Assembly (NCBI GenBank): GCA_028867755.1
Contig: JAGWFT010000002.1
Span: 208,018 to 272,017 of the forward strand
Length of the DNA stretch: 64,000 bases
Source: Nitrososphaerota archaeon
GTDB taxonomy: Archaea; Thermoproteota; Nitrososphaeria; Nitrososphaerales; Nitrosopumilaceae
Direction of reading: 5' to 3'
Numbering within the stretch: position 1 is the stretch's first letter; the number at the start of each line of letters is the position of its first letter. The notes beneath the pieces are model-generated. The model was given only the letters and a program-made list of their open reading frames with translations, did not search any database and was not told the DNA's origin. A program made the translations under genes and the position numbers. Below are positions 1 through 9,459 of this stretch, one piece after another.

Positions 1-710
1 ATCCAACTGAGCCATGTTCTAGCAGAGAAAGGAGTGGGTGAAGGTGTGGAAGGTCCTGGTGGAAATATTGAACCAGTATAGACGATTTGGTCACCCGAAC
101 CCTTGGCAACCAGATCAGTCGCTTGATTTGTGATTTTATTGTATTGTTGCGTACCAAGAGCGTGCGGGGCCGAATGTTTGAAAACCGACGCAGCAGCATA
201 CAACCCTATTGCCACAATAGATGGGTCTCTGGTTTGAGCTTGGTAGTAGATAACCTCATGAGCACCATCGCTGTGTCCTGCAAGGAAGATGCTATTGTAC
301 CCTTGCTCTTTCATGAATTTCACTGCAGATGCAATATCCTTTACAGAATCTTCGAATACAGAAGTTGGGAAGTTATGAGATCGTGTCATATCAAGCGAGA
401 GAACAGTAAAGCCTTTCGAAGACAAAAGGTTTGGAATGGAGTTGAAAAACGGCTCATTGATGTTGCCCTGAAAACCCCCATGAATCAGAATTATGCCGAT
501 CTTCGTGGTTCCAGATGATGGAGTATTTAGCAGACCAGTCATCTGGACTCCGTCTCCACGTGGAAAATTTACTTGCTGGGAAGAAACACTGATAGCTGCA
601 GAGGACTTTACTAAAGGGTAAGGCGACAGAAAAAGTAAAGATATGACTAGAATTGTCTGGACTGTACGATTTAGTTGTAGCCTCACTTTGACTCTGTTCA
701 ATCTGGGCAT
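1..710 (-). CDS. Secreted alpha/beta-fold hydrolase (3' end runs off the left edge; absent from the ORF track)
   Basis: Manual translation from ATG at 710: MPRLNRVKVRLQLNRTVQTILVISLLFLSPYPLV (signal-like), IILIHGG oxyanion segment, GFTVLSLD and nucleophile elbow LAGHSDG; open to the window edge. Confidence 0.8.
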   Translation of the reverse strand, partial: MPRLNRVKVRLQLNRTVQTILVISLLFLSPYPLVKSSAAISVSSQQVNFPRGDGVQMTGLLNTPSSGTTKIGIILIHGGFQGNINEPFFNSIPNLLSSKGFTVLSLDMTRSHNFPTSVFEDSVKDIASAVKFMKEQGYNSIFLAGHSDGAHEVIYYQAQTRDPSIVAIGLYAAASVFKHSAPHALGTQQYNKITNQATDLVAKGSGDQIVYTGSIFPPGPSTPSPTPFSARTWLSW

Positions 711-819
711 GTGAATTATTTTATCTTTCCGTGGATAGAACACAATGTAATGGGAAAGTATGAGATCTATACAATGTTGGATTTATAACAAGAGAGTTTA
801 ATATGGAATTAAAATTTTA

Positions 820-1506
820 TTAAAGCTTAAACTCTGACTTGAAATTTTGGTAAAATGCTTGCATGTTGTTTTGTACGGCATCAATGTTTTCAGGAATGCC
901 CTTGAGTATGTCTTCAGGCTTGATGTATGGTACTGTACTTAGCTCTTCTTTTGATTTATCGAGCCACAACTGTATTGTAGATTGGTCTACCTCAAGATGA
1001 AACTGTATCCCTACTGCGCTTCCAATCTTTATTGCTTGATTCTGGTAATCTTTCGAGTGTGCAAGCCTGATCGCATTTTTGGGCAGAGAAAACGTATCTC
1101 CGTGCCAATGAAATACAGTGGCAGGACTTGATATTCCCTGAAACAGTCTTGACTCTGTATGCTCAAACTTGATATCATGGTAGAACCCAATCTCTTTTCT
1201 CTTGCCTTGGTAGACCGTGGCGCCAAACGCCTTGGCAATAAGCTGCGATCCAAGGCATATTCCTAGAACCGGTATATCCTTTTTGACCGAGTCTTGGATC
1301 AAAGCCAACTCTTCTTTCAGGTAAGGGAGGTCATCGTTTGCACTCTCAGGGGCACCAAGTATTACTATAACACGCGGGTTAATGGACGGAATTTTTTCTT
1401 TCTTGGCAAGAACTGTTGTGATTCCAAAACCGTCTTTTTCAAACAACCTGCCAAGTGTGGCAATCCCTTCATTTCTTGTATTTTGTATTACCAGTACATC
1501 TGACAC
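820..1506 (-). CDS. Type 1 glutamine amidotransferase (GMP-synthase-like)
   Basis: LGICLGSQ nucleophile Cys, FHWHGD, QFHLE His-Glu. Confidence 0.9.
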   Translation of the reverse strand: MSDVLVIQNTRNEGIATLGRLFEKDGFGITTVLAKKEKIPSINPRVIVILGAPESANDDLPYLKEELALIQDSVKKDIPVLGICLGSQLIAKAFGATVYQGKRKEIGFYHDIKFEHTESRLFQGISSPATVFHWHGDTFSLPKNAIRLAHSKDYQNQAIKIGSAVGIQFHLEVDQSTIQLWLDKSKEELSTVPYIKPEDILKGIPENIDAVQNNMQAFYQNFKSEFKL

Positions 1507-1555
1507 GAATAAATTTTTGAAAATTGCTTAATATGTTTTAGTTCCAAGTGGTATT

Positions 1556-1966
1556 ATGGACATAGACGAGTCAGAAATATCCGATATACGGGATTTTATC
1601 GAGTCTCTTAACTCAAAAAAAGACAGCATCGTAGTAGTGGAGGGAAAAAGAGACGAGGATGCTTTGAAGAAACTTGGGTTTTCTGGTAACGTCTGCCAGT
1701 TTCATAACTTCAAGGGACTGGTAAAATTTGTAGACTCGATGCCTTGGTCCAAGACTTTGATCATATTGCTTGACTTGGACAGGAAAGGGTCGTATCTTAC
1801 CAAAAGAATAATCACTCATCTTGCACATCGCATGACAGTTGATCTATCTTTTAGGCGCAAGCTTGTCGTAATAACAAAAGGCAAGGTACGTCATATCGAG
1901 GATCTGTCTTTGTACTCTGAGGCATTCAATAAGCACTTATATCTGCCCTTTGGGAACCTTAAGTGA
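1556..1966 (+). CDS. Small Toprim-domain protein
   Basis: IVVVEGKRD and LLDLDRKG (DxD) Toprim motifs. Confidence 0.85.
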   Translation: MDIDESEISDIRDFIESLNSKKDSIVVVEGKRDEDALKKLGFSGNVCQFHNFKGLVKFVDSMPWSKTLIILLDLDRKGSYLTKRIITHLAHRMTVDLSFRRKLVVITKGKVRHIEDLSLYSEAFNKHLYLPFGNLK

Positions 1967-1988
1967 TAAAAATTAAGAGGTTAATGAA

Positions 1989-3134
1989 TTGCCATATAGT
2001 GGAATTGTCAAGTATCACGTTAAGCTCAGCTTTGACGTCGATGGACTCGTTGAAAAAGCAGATATCATAGGAGCAATTTTTGGCCAAACAGAAGGACTGC
2101 TAGGGCCAGAGATGAATCTAAACGAACTCCAGAAGGTGTCAAAGGTAGGACGAATAGAGGTCAACACTACGAGTACGACTAATCAAACAAAAGGAGATGC
2201 CTTGATTCCTATGAGTACTGATATCAACACTGCTGCACTTATTGCAGCTGCAATAGAAAGTATTGATAAAGTAGGTCCATTCCAGGCGCACTTTAAACTC
2301 GAAGCAATAGAAGATGTTCGCTCTGCAAAAAAGAAAGAGATTGTTGACAGGGCAAAACAGATTGTCCAGAAATGGTCAACAAAGACAATTAGCGAAGGAG
2401 AGGAGATGCTAAAGGATGTTCAAGAGGTAACATCATCTGGAAAACTTGTTACATTTGGAAAAGAAAAACTTGCATGCGGTTCTGGTGTCTTTGACGCACC
2501 ATGGGTGATTCTAGTAGAAGGAAGAGCAGATGTGATAAATCTATTACGAGCAGGCTTTGATAACGCACTTGCAATAGAGGGAGCAAGAATTGACGAGTCT
2601 ATCAAGTCACTTTGCGAATCAAAGCAAAAAGTTGTAGCATTTCTTGACGGTGACAGAGCAGGAGGCTTTATACTAAAAGAATTAAAATCACTTGTAAATG
2701 TTGATGTGGTGCACCGCGCGCCAGAGGGTGTAGAAGTAGAAGAACTTACTCCAATACAGATTGCTGAGATCCTAAAGGATACGGCAGAAGAGATGAAAAA
2801 AGAGACTGCCAAACCAAAACTCCAGGATCCAAAAGACGAGCCAATTGCAAATATTGTGAAAAAAGTATATGCTGATCTTAACGAGTCACTTGAGGCAGTA
2901 GCGCTAGATGAGGGACTCAATAGTGTATTCAAGGTGCCTGTAAGCGAGATAGTATCAAAACTTTCTCCAGGTTCTGGAATAAAGTACCTTGTGTTAGACG
3001 GTATCATAACACAGAGACTCGTTGACTCGGCAAAACAAGCAGGAATAGAGTGTATCGTAGGACACAGGAGTGCCAACCTTAAATCAGCAGATGGGTTGAC
3101 ACTGAAAACATTTACAGAGCTTGGTATTGCATAA
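1989..3134 (+). CDS. dnaG: Archaeal DnaG-type primase
   Basis: GAIFGQTEGLLG, GRIEV, Toprim VEGRADV and FLDGDRAG; TTG start. Confidence 0.95.
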   Translation: MPYSGIVKYHVKLSFDVDGLVEKADIIGAIFGQTEGLLGPEMNLNELQKVSKVGRIEVNTTSTTNQTKGDALIPMSTDINTAALIAAAIESIDKVGPFQAHFKLEAIEDVRSAKKKEIVDRAKQIVQKWSTKTISEGEEMLKDVQEVTSSGKLVTFGKEKLACGSGVFDAPWVILVEGRADVINLLRAGFDNALAIEGARIDESIKSLCESKQKVVAFLDGDRAGGFILKELKSLVNVDVVHRAPEGVEVEELTPIQIAEILKDTAEEMKKETAKPKLQDPKDEPIANIVKKVYADLNESLEAVALDEGLNSVFKVPVSEIVSKLSPGSGIKYLVLDGIITQRLVDSAKQAGIECIVGHRSANLKSADGLTLKTFTELGIA

Positions 3135-3139
3135 AATCA

Positions 3140-3835
3140 ATGCCGGAACTTAAACTACAACACATACTAACACTTGCAGAATTATTCGCCAAGGGTGCTC
3201 GTTACAATTTCATTCCAATAACAACCTCGTCTCTTGGAAAAAGCATCCACAAGTCTCAGCAAGCTGCATCAAAACATCTCTTGGAACTGGAATCAGATGG
3301 ATATATTGAGAGGTTAAGGACTGGACCCAAAGTATCAGTCAGGATTACGACCAAGGGACATGCAGAAATGTCAAAAATTTTTTCTGCACTAAAATCAAGT
3401 CTTGAAACCTTTCCATCATATGTAGAGTTCAAAGGTGTAATAATTTCCGGGATGGGAGAGGGGGCGTACTATATGTCAATGAAAGGATATACAAAACAAT
3501 TCAAGTCAAAGCTTGGATACATTCCATTTCCTGGAACACTAAACGTAAAACTAAAAGACCGTGAGTTTATCGAAGCAAAACGATCACTTGATGTACATCC
3601 TGCAATAATGGTAAACGGTTTTTCTGATGGCAAGCGAACCTATGGCTGGGTCAAGTGCTATCCTGCAAAGGTTAACAATATTGTGGATGCTGCACTGATT
3701 TTGCTTGAAAGAACACACCACGATGATTCCATAATAGAGCTCATCTCAAAAGAGAACATCAAAAAATCGATAAAACTTTCAACAGGTTCTCAGGTTACGA
3801 TTCGGGTAAATGTAAAACCCAAAACTATACAGTGA
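3140..3835 (+). CDS. ribK: CTP-dependent riboflavin kinase with N-terminal winged HTH (RbkR-type)
   Basis: HTH SQQAASKHLLELE; kinase motifs SGMGEGAYY, PFPGTLN, ERTHH. Confidence 0.92.
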   Translation: MPELKLQHILTLAELFAKGARYNFIPITTSSLGKSIHKSQQAASKHLLELESDGYIERLRTGPKVSVRITTKGHAEMSKIFSALKSSLETFPSYVEFKGVIISGMGEGAYYMSMKGYTKQFKSKLGYIPFPGTLNVKLKDREFIEAKRSLDVHPAIMVNGFSDGKRTYGWVKCYPAKVNNIVDAALILLERTHHDDSIIELISKENIKKSIKLSTGSQVTIRVNVKPKTIQ

Positions 3836-3848
3836 TTATACATCAAAC

Positions 3849-4475
3849 TCAGAGACCATAGATAGATTTTCCGTAATCGCTTTCTATCTTTGAGCTCTTA
3901 ATGTCAGGTATTGGTGACTGGAGCCTTGCAATTGATACCTCAACTCCTATCTTTTTGCATCCATCTATGATGAATTTCTCTTGGTGTATCTGGTCATATC
4001 CCAGTGCTATGATGTCAGGTCTTACTTTTTCCACAGTCCTGAATATGTCTCCTTCGCGGCCAACTACTGCATAGTCTACTGTTGATAATGAGCTGACAAG
4101 ATCCCTTCGCAATTCCATGTTGTGCAGAGGCATTCGTTTTTTCATCTTTTGTGCTGTGGTATCAGTTGCAACCACCACAACTAGGACATTACCAAGAGCT
4201 CTTGCACCCCTTAGTGTGTGTATGTGTCCTGGATGTATGATGTCAAAGACGCCTCCTGCAAGCACAACCCTAATCGAGCCTCGTCCAAGATCGGTAAGTG
4301 TCCTGTCTTTTTCAATAAAGCCATTTTTTTCAAGAGAGTCTAGTCTGCTTGAGATATAGTCATTGCTGACAGATAGTTTCTTTCTAATTGTCTCTAGAGG
4401 ATCTTCTCCTGAAAGTGACGAGACATAGCACGCTGAAATTAATTCCTTGTCAAATGCGTCCAAGTGTACCATCAA
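3849..4475 (-). CDS. ribL: FAD synthetase (cytidylyltransferase family) with N-terminal HTH-like region
   Basis: GGVFDIIHPGHI (HIGH-like), PDIIALGYDQ. Confidence 0.85.
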   Translation of the reverse strand: MMVHLDAFDKELISACYVSSLSGEDPLETIRKKLSVSNDYISSRLDSLEKNGFIEKDRTLTDLGRGSIRVVLAGGVFDIIHPGHIHTLRGARALGNVLVVVVATDTTAQKMKKRMPLHNMELRRDLVSSLSTVDYAVVGREGDIFRTVEKVRPDIIALGYDQIHQEKFIIDGCKKIGVEVSIARLQSPIPDIKSSKIESDYGKSIYGL

Positions 4476-4501
4476 GGATCCAGTTTTACCACTTCATTAA
4501 T

Positions 4502-5539
4502 CTATGTCCATGGGTCTATGCCCTTGGACAGGCGCAGTGCATCAATCAACCCCTCTGCATACCCAATGCTAAGTATTGCAAGCTCTTCTTTTCCTTCACT
4601 TTGAAATTTTTCAGCATCATCGATATACAGCTGCGCATTTTCTATGACAGGCTGTAAGTTTCTGTCATCTTTGAACATCTTGATTACCTCGTCTAGTGCC
4701 CTTCTTGCCTTTGGAACATATTTTGTAATCATCTGATCTGATATTTTTTGAATCTTTGATGAATTGTCAAATGGCTCGTCAAGACATTTGGCAAACGCCT
4801 TGAGCGCATCTGTTTCTGTAAAATGCATCCTTCCTGGAATGATTATTGTATGCGGAGGTTTTCCAAAATCAATCTTGGCAAGACTTGATAGTTTTCCAGC
4901 TGTTATGTTCTGAGATTTTGAACCAATTCTTGAAGCTATTATGGCATACATTGAATCATCTATGACACTTCGCTTTTGTTCTTTTTCTGCAAACAAGAGG
5001 CTCGAGATTGCATCTTTTGGATCTAAAAAGAAATTTTCAATGCTACTGTATTCAAGTATCAAAATACTGTGTGCACCCTTTATGAGATTCTCGTAGATAG
5101 TATAGTATACGGTACTCCAAGACTGCTGCTCTCTCATTACCGTTACAGGGCGTCCAATCTTGTAATACTGCAGCCCACACTCGCCAACAAGGGATGGGAT
5201 TGCAGATGCTGCATGCACGGTCTTGGTTCTTATCTTTTCAAGCTCTGCTCTTGTTCGAAGCTCGATATGGGTGGTCGCAATGTAAGGATCACCATATGCA
5301 AGAAGGACGACTGTCTTTTTCTTGGCCTCGGCAAGAATTGTCTTTCCGTCCTCCACTAGCCACCGTGGAGCAACCCGAAACCTGTTTTTGACAAGTTTTT
5401 TTATTTTAGACTGGTCACTTTTTGGTATAGGGCTAGTAAAGTTCTCAAAGAATACCACATCAGCTTTTTTTAAAATCTTAATAGTATCAGGACTTGTCCC
5501 ATCGATTCCAGATATTCCAAGACCAATAAACCACAGCAT
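4502..5539 (-). CDS. dph5: Diphthine synthase with C-terminal DUF357-like helical domain
   Basis: LWFIGLG, GDPYIATTH, PPHTIIIPG; C-terminal A..Y..DA..F...G....A..SIGYAEGLIDAL. Confidence 0.9.
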   Translation of the reverse strand: MLWFIGLGISGIDGTSPDTIKILKKADVVFFENFTSPIPKSDQSKIKKLVKNRFRVAPRWLVEDGKTILAEAKKKTVVLLAYGDPYIATTHIELRTRAELEKIRTKTVHAASAIPSLVGECGLQYYKIGRPVTVMREQQSWSTVYYTIYENLIKGAHSILILEYSSIENFFLDPKDAISSLLFAEKEQKRSVIDDSMYAIIASRIGSKSQNITAGKLSSLAKIDFGKPPHTIIIPGRMHFTETDALKAFAKCLDEPFDNSSKIQKISDQMITKYVPKARRALDEVIKMFKDDRNLQPVIENAQLYIDDAEKFQSEGKEELAILSIGYAEGLIDALRLSKGIDPWT

Positions 5540-5581
5540 AGCAAGAATCTTTTCGTTGTATATTTTGATGTTCGTTTTGTG

Positions 5582-6718
5582 TTACTTGCCAGAATCCTTT
5601 TGGTTTACGTGCAATCTCTTTAGGTGATACAGCATTTGCTTGAAGACCTCGATGCTTCGAAGATATTCATCTGTTGATACACGCTCATCAACTGTATGTG
5701 ATGCATGGGGGTCACCTGGGCCATATGTTACAACTGGAATGTTCAACGAGTTTCCAATGATGTTCATGTCGCCTGTCCCAGTCTTTCTTATGAGCTGAGG
5801 CCTTGACTTTTCAACATCTAGTATTCCAAGTGTTAGTGCCCTAACAAGCGGAGAATTATGCGGCGCCTCAAATGGCTCTGTCTCGTCTAGAACAGAATAA
5901 AACGCATTGACTCCTTGTTTTTTGGCAACCTCTTGGACTGTTGTTGCAATTTTTTCTCCAACCATTTTGCAGTTCATGTCTACTGGAATTCTGATATCCA
6001 TGATAGCATCGCACTCTACTGCAGTTACGTTGTGGCTTGTTCCTCCCTTTATCTCAGTGATCACAGCAGTAAGCATCATACTTTTTGCTTTGCCATTTTG
6101 GTCTCCTTCCAGGGCTTGCTTGATTGCAGAGGTAAAGACATAAGATTCCTCGATTGCATTTTTTGCAAGCCATGGAGCACTGGCATGTGCACTATCCCCT
6201 ACATTGATTTTGAGGTTGATGGCAATTCTTCCCTTGTATGCAATGGTGATGTTTCTAATGCTGCTAGGCTCGCCAAAAATTGCATAATCGATATCAAGTT
6301 TTTGTTTTACTAAGCTCTTAATTCCAGTTGCATTTCCTTCCTCATCTACTACGGCAGCAAAGACTACAGTTCCGTTATCGTTGTGCGCCGAAGCAGCTGC
6401 TAGAAGCATGGCCATTAGTGGTGCCTTTGCATCAGAAGCTCCCCTTCCGTATATGTGACCGTTATCATTTCTAACCTTTATCTTTCCTGGCACTGTATCC
6501 ATGTGGCCGCAAAGAAGTATCTTCGGAGAGCCAGAGCCCTTTGTTGCAATAAGGTTTCCTACATCGTCAATGCGAATGTTCTCAAAGCCCAAGTCATCGC
6601 ACTTGTCTGCTAGAAATTCGGCAAGCGGCTTTTCAGAAAGTGATGGTGTGTAAAGCCTTAGAGCCTGCTCTAGCATCTTTACTGAAAATCTTGGTGTGAT
6701 GGTAATTGAAGAGTCCAA
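5582..6718 (-). CDS. lysK: [LysW]-lysine/[LysW]-ornithine hydrolase (M20 family)
   Basis: GHMDTV, GRGASDAK, DEE, TYGPGD..H; last gene of the lysW-lysX cluster. Confidence 0.9.
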   Translation of the reverse strand: MDSSITITPRFSVKMLEQALRLYTPSLSEKPLAEFLADKCDDLGFENIRIDDVGNLIATKGSGSPKILLCGHMDTVPGKIKVRNDNGHIYGRGASDAKAPLMAMLLAAASAHNDNGTVVFAAVVDEEGNATGIKSLVKQKLDIDYAIFGEPSSIRNITIAYKGRIAINLKINVGDSAHASAPWLAKNAIEESYVFTSAIKQALEGDQNGKAKSMMLTAVITEIKGGTSHNVTAVECDAIMDIRIPVDMNCKMVGEKIATTVQEVAKKQGVNAFYSVLDETEPFEAPHNSPLVRALTLGILDVEKSRPQLIRKTGTGDMNIIGNSLNIPVVTYGPGDPHASHTVDERVSTDEYLRSIEVFKQMLYHLKRLHVNQKDSGK

Positions 6719-6721
6719 TTC

Positions 6722-7570
6722 TTATTTTCTCGATTGTGTTGCGTAGTCTATCATCAAGGCTGGTATATCTACGCCAGTAACCCTTACGGTATTTTTGTAT
6801 TCCGTTGTGTTGTTAACCTCGTGAACTACCAGGCCATTTTCCTTGCTTTCCATTAGATCAACGCCTACTATCTGCCCTTGTACAGCATTTTTTGCCTTTA
6901 TGCAAATGTCTTCGAGTTCCTTTGTCACTTTCATGGGCTCTGCCTTGCCGCCTAGCGCCATGTTTGTCTTCCACTGTCCCTCACCAGAATAGCGGTATAT
7001 TGCAGCAACAACCTTGTCGCCTATCATTATTGCTCTAATGTCGCGGGGAGGTCTGTTGACAAATTCTTCGAGATAATACACTTGATAAATTGGATACATT
7101 GATTCCCGTGTCTCCATTATTCCTTGTGCAGAATCACGGTCATTTAGCAGTGCTATCATCCTTCCCCAGCTTCCAACAGTTGGTTTTAGAACCATCGGGT
7201 ATCCCCTTTTTTCTAAAAGTTCTAGTGCAGCTTCTTCAGAGAATGCGACTGCACTAAATGGAGTTGGGATACCGTTCTTTACTAATAACATGTGGGTGAA
7301 GAGCTTGTTTCCAGCAAATATGCTGGTGTTAAGTCCATTGATGACATTGACTCCTTTTCCTTCAAGTGCTGCTGTAGAATGAAGACTGCGATAATAGCTT
7401 ACACATCTTTGTATGGCAGTACCATACTCTTCTTTGCTTTTGTCCAAATTGATGAATAAACTCTTGCAATCAACCATCTTTGCTTCGACGCCCTTTTTCC
7501 TTGCGGCATCGAACAGAGCTTTTTCTTCCCACCTGATGGTATCGTAGAGTATCGATAGAACCGAGCTCAC
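6722..7570 (-). CDS. lysX: Alpha-aminoadipate--LysW ligase (RimK-family ATP-grasp)
   Basis: KPTVGSWGR, RDIR, WKTNMALG, HEVN; downstream of homocitrate synthase and lysW; GTG start overlaps the lysW stop. Confidence 0.88.
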   Translation of the reverse strand: MSSVLSILYDTIRWEEKALFDAARKKGVEAKMVDCKSLFINLDKSKEEYGTAIQRCVSYYRSLHSTAALEGKGVNVINGLNTSIFAGNKLFTHMLLVKNGIPTPFSAVAFSEEAALELLEKRGYPMVLKPTVGSWGRMIALLNDRDSAQGIMETRESMYPIYQVYYLEEFVNRPPRDIRAIMIGDKVVAAIYRYSGEGQWKTNMALGGKAEPMKVTKELEDICIKAKNAVQGQIVGVDLMESKENGLVVHEVNNTTEYKNTVRVTGVDIPALMIDYATQSRK

Positions 7571-7731
7571 TGGCCCCAGTCCTCACCAACAGTTTGTGCT
7601 GGTTTTAACTCAAAGCCTGAGGATCCTTTGGATAACTCAAAACTTGCACCACAGTCTGGGCAAGTCACAATCTCTCCCTCCATCGAATCTTTTGGGGGGT
7701 TGATATTGGCATCACATTCTGGACATTTCAT
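7567..7731 (-). CDS. lysW: LysW-family amino-group carrier protein, copy 2 (ends EDWGQ); 54 aa, below the ORF-track cutoff
   Basis: Manual translation MKCPECDANINPPKDSMEGEIVTCPDCGASFELSKGSSGFELKPAQTVGEDWGQ; two CxxC motifs. Confidence 0.93.
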   Translation of the reverse strand: MKCPECDANINPPKDSMEGEIVTCPDCGASFELSKGSSGFELKPAQTVGEDWGQ

Positions 7732-7732
7732 A

Positions 7733-8923
7733 TTATTTACCTGTCTTTACCTTAACTTTGGTGTCATTAATTATCTTTCTTTCAAGCCTGTCATCAAGCG
7801 GTATCTCAAGCAGGTCTCCCATCCTTAGGTCCTTGAGGCCTGCTGCCACCTTCTTTGCGTGTTCTTCATCTTGGTCAAGACCTAAAAGCGACATGAGATA
7901 TGCTGCACCATTCTTGCCTGCAAGCTCGCCAAATACTATTTTTCTCCTGTTGCCCACTACCTTTGGTTCAATTGGTTCGTATGCTGCGGGATTTCGAAGA
8001 ATTGCAGCCAAGTGAGTTCCTGCCTTGTGTTTGTATGCGGTTGCACCAACAACTGGCTTGGAGTCATATGGTACAATTCCTGTATATTGCTCAATTAGTC
8101 TTGAGAGGTCCATGAGCATATCAAGCCTGAAATTATTTGGAGATTTGTAAAGATAGGTAAGTGTTACAGCTGTTTCTGCAAGTGCTGGTATCCCGGTCCT
8201 TTCGCCAATACCGTCGATGGTTGTATGTATCTGGTCGGCTCCTGCATCACATCCTGCAAGTGCGTTTGCTAGTGCTAGTCCCATGTCATTGTGGCAGTGC
8301 ACGTCAAGTGGAGTCTTGATTTTCTCGCGAACTGTCTTTACAAGATTGTACATGCCGTTAGGTCTCATTATTCCAACAGTATCAGGTATGCTGATTCTGT
8401 CAACACCTGCATCTGAGATCTCTTTGCAAACCTTGAGGAGAAACTCTGGATCAGCCCTGCTTCCGTCTTCCACTGTAAATCGCATCTTAAACCCATGTGA
8501 CTTGGCATACTCGACTGTCTCGACTGCCCTTTGCAATGCCTCTTCTCTTGTAATTCTAAGCTTGTCTTTCATGTGTATGTCTGAGATTCCAAGATATGTT
8601 GCCATCCACGTGGCATCACACTCTAGTGCAATATCTACATCTTCTTTGAGGGCACGCACGTGAGCTACAATGTCTGCCTTGAGTCCTTGCTTGATTATTG
8701 TCTTGGTGGCCTCTTTGTGATCTGGCGATATTACAGGTGAAATCTCAATTTGGTCAACTCCAAAATAATCAAGCATCCATGCAATCTGGATTCTTTGTTT
8801 GTTAGAAAACGTAACCCCTGGGTGCTGCTCTCCTTCTCGCAGTGTACTATCCAAGATATGGATCTTCTTTGGTTTTTGTCCAATCTCGTTATACTTGTAT
8901 GCGTAATAATTCGGATCGTCCAT
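7733..8923 (-). CDS. Homocitrate synthase (2-isopropylmalate synthase/HCS family)
   Basis: DSTLREGEQ, HCHND.G, GIGERTG; lysine-cluster context favours homocitrate synthase. Confidence 0.85.
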   Translation of the reverse strand: MDDPNYYAYKYNEIGQKPKKIHILDSTLREGEQHPGVTFSNKQRIQIAWMLDYFGVDQIEISPVISPDHKEATKTIIKQGLKADIVAHVRALKEDVDIALECDATWMATYLGISDIHMKDKLRITREEALQRAVETVEYAKSHGFKMRFTVEDGSRADPEFLLKVCKEISDAGVDRISIPDTVGIMRPNGMYNLVKTVREKIKTPLDVHCHNDMGLALANALAGCDAGADQIHTTIDGIGERTGIPALAETAVTLTYLYKSPNNFRLDMLMDLSRLIEQYTGIVPYDSKPVVGATAYKHKAGTHLAAILRNPAAYEPIEPKVVGNRRKIVFGELAGKNGAAYLMSLLGLDQDEEHAKKVAAGLKDLRMGDLLEIPLDDRLERKIINDTKVKVKTGK

Positions 8924-8949
8924 TACTGAATCAGTATCAAAATTTTGGA

Positions 8950-8957
8950 AATATAAA
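8950..8957 (-). promoter_or_regulatory. TATA box of an internal promoter for the HCS-lysW-lysX-lysK unit
   Basis: Minus strand reads ATGTTTATATTT about 27-34 nt upstream of the ATG at 8923. Confidence 0.5.
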
Positions 8958-9039
8958 CATATTCGTACAGGTTTCGGCTATTTTTGTAGCTTTTCCGACG
9001 GTTTTCGTGAAATGCAGAAAATTAAAGCCGAACTTCGTT

Positions 9040-9459
9040 TTATGATACAGTTCTTAGTATGATGACAGTGTTTGTGTCAAAAACACCGGGTACCTTGCGT
9101 AGTGCATCTATGCATGCGTTAATCTCTGTGATGTTGGGAGCTCTGATAACTGTTGCAATGTCATACTGACCTGTTATCTCGTAAACTGTATGGACTCCTT
9201 GGAGTTTTGATAGTCTTGCTGAAACCTTTGATGTGTCTGTTGAGGAATCAACAGATATCAAAATTATTGCACTAGTTGAATTACTGTCTCCAGTCTCGAT
9301 CGTAAATTTTTTTATTGTACCACCGTCGGTTAGGTTTTTTACTCTGCGCCTTACTGCAGACTCTGACAGTCCAAGCTTTTGGCCTATTTCTACAAAAGAT
9401 TGTCTTGAATCTTTTTTTAGCATCTCAATTATTGTTTCGTCTGTCTTGTCTCTAGACAT
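9040..9459 (-). CDS. Lrp/AsnC-family regulator (LysM-like)
   Basis: N-terminal HTH DSRQSFVEIGQKLGLSESAVRRRV and C-terminal RAM domain VYEITGQYD; inside the lys/arg cluster. Confidence 0.92.
   Translation of the reverse strand: MSRDKTDETIIEMLKKDSRQSFVEIGQKLGLSESAVRRRVKNLTDGGTIKKFTIETGDSNSTSAIILISVDSSTDTSKVSARLSKLQGVHTVYEITGQYDIATVIRAPNITEINACIDALRKVPGVFDTNTVIILRTVS

Noticed and set aside
87-518. 143-aa plus-strand ORF
   Set aside because: Antisense shadow of the minus-strand hydrolase, which has clear motifs
820-1506. Idea that the GATase deamidates LysW(Q)
   Set aside because: It is about 6 kb away, separated by unrelated genes, and nothing in the sequence links them
2420-3076. 218-aa minus-strand ORF
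   Set aside because: Lies wholly antisense to dnaG, with no motifs
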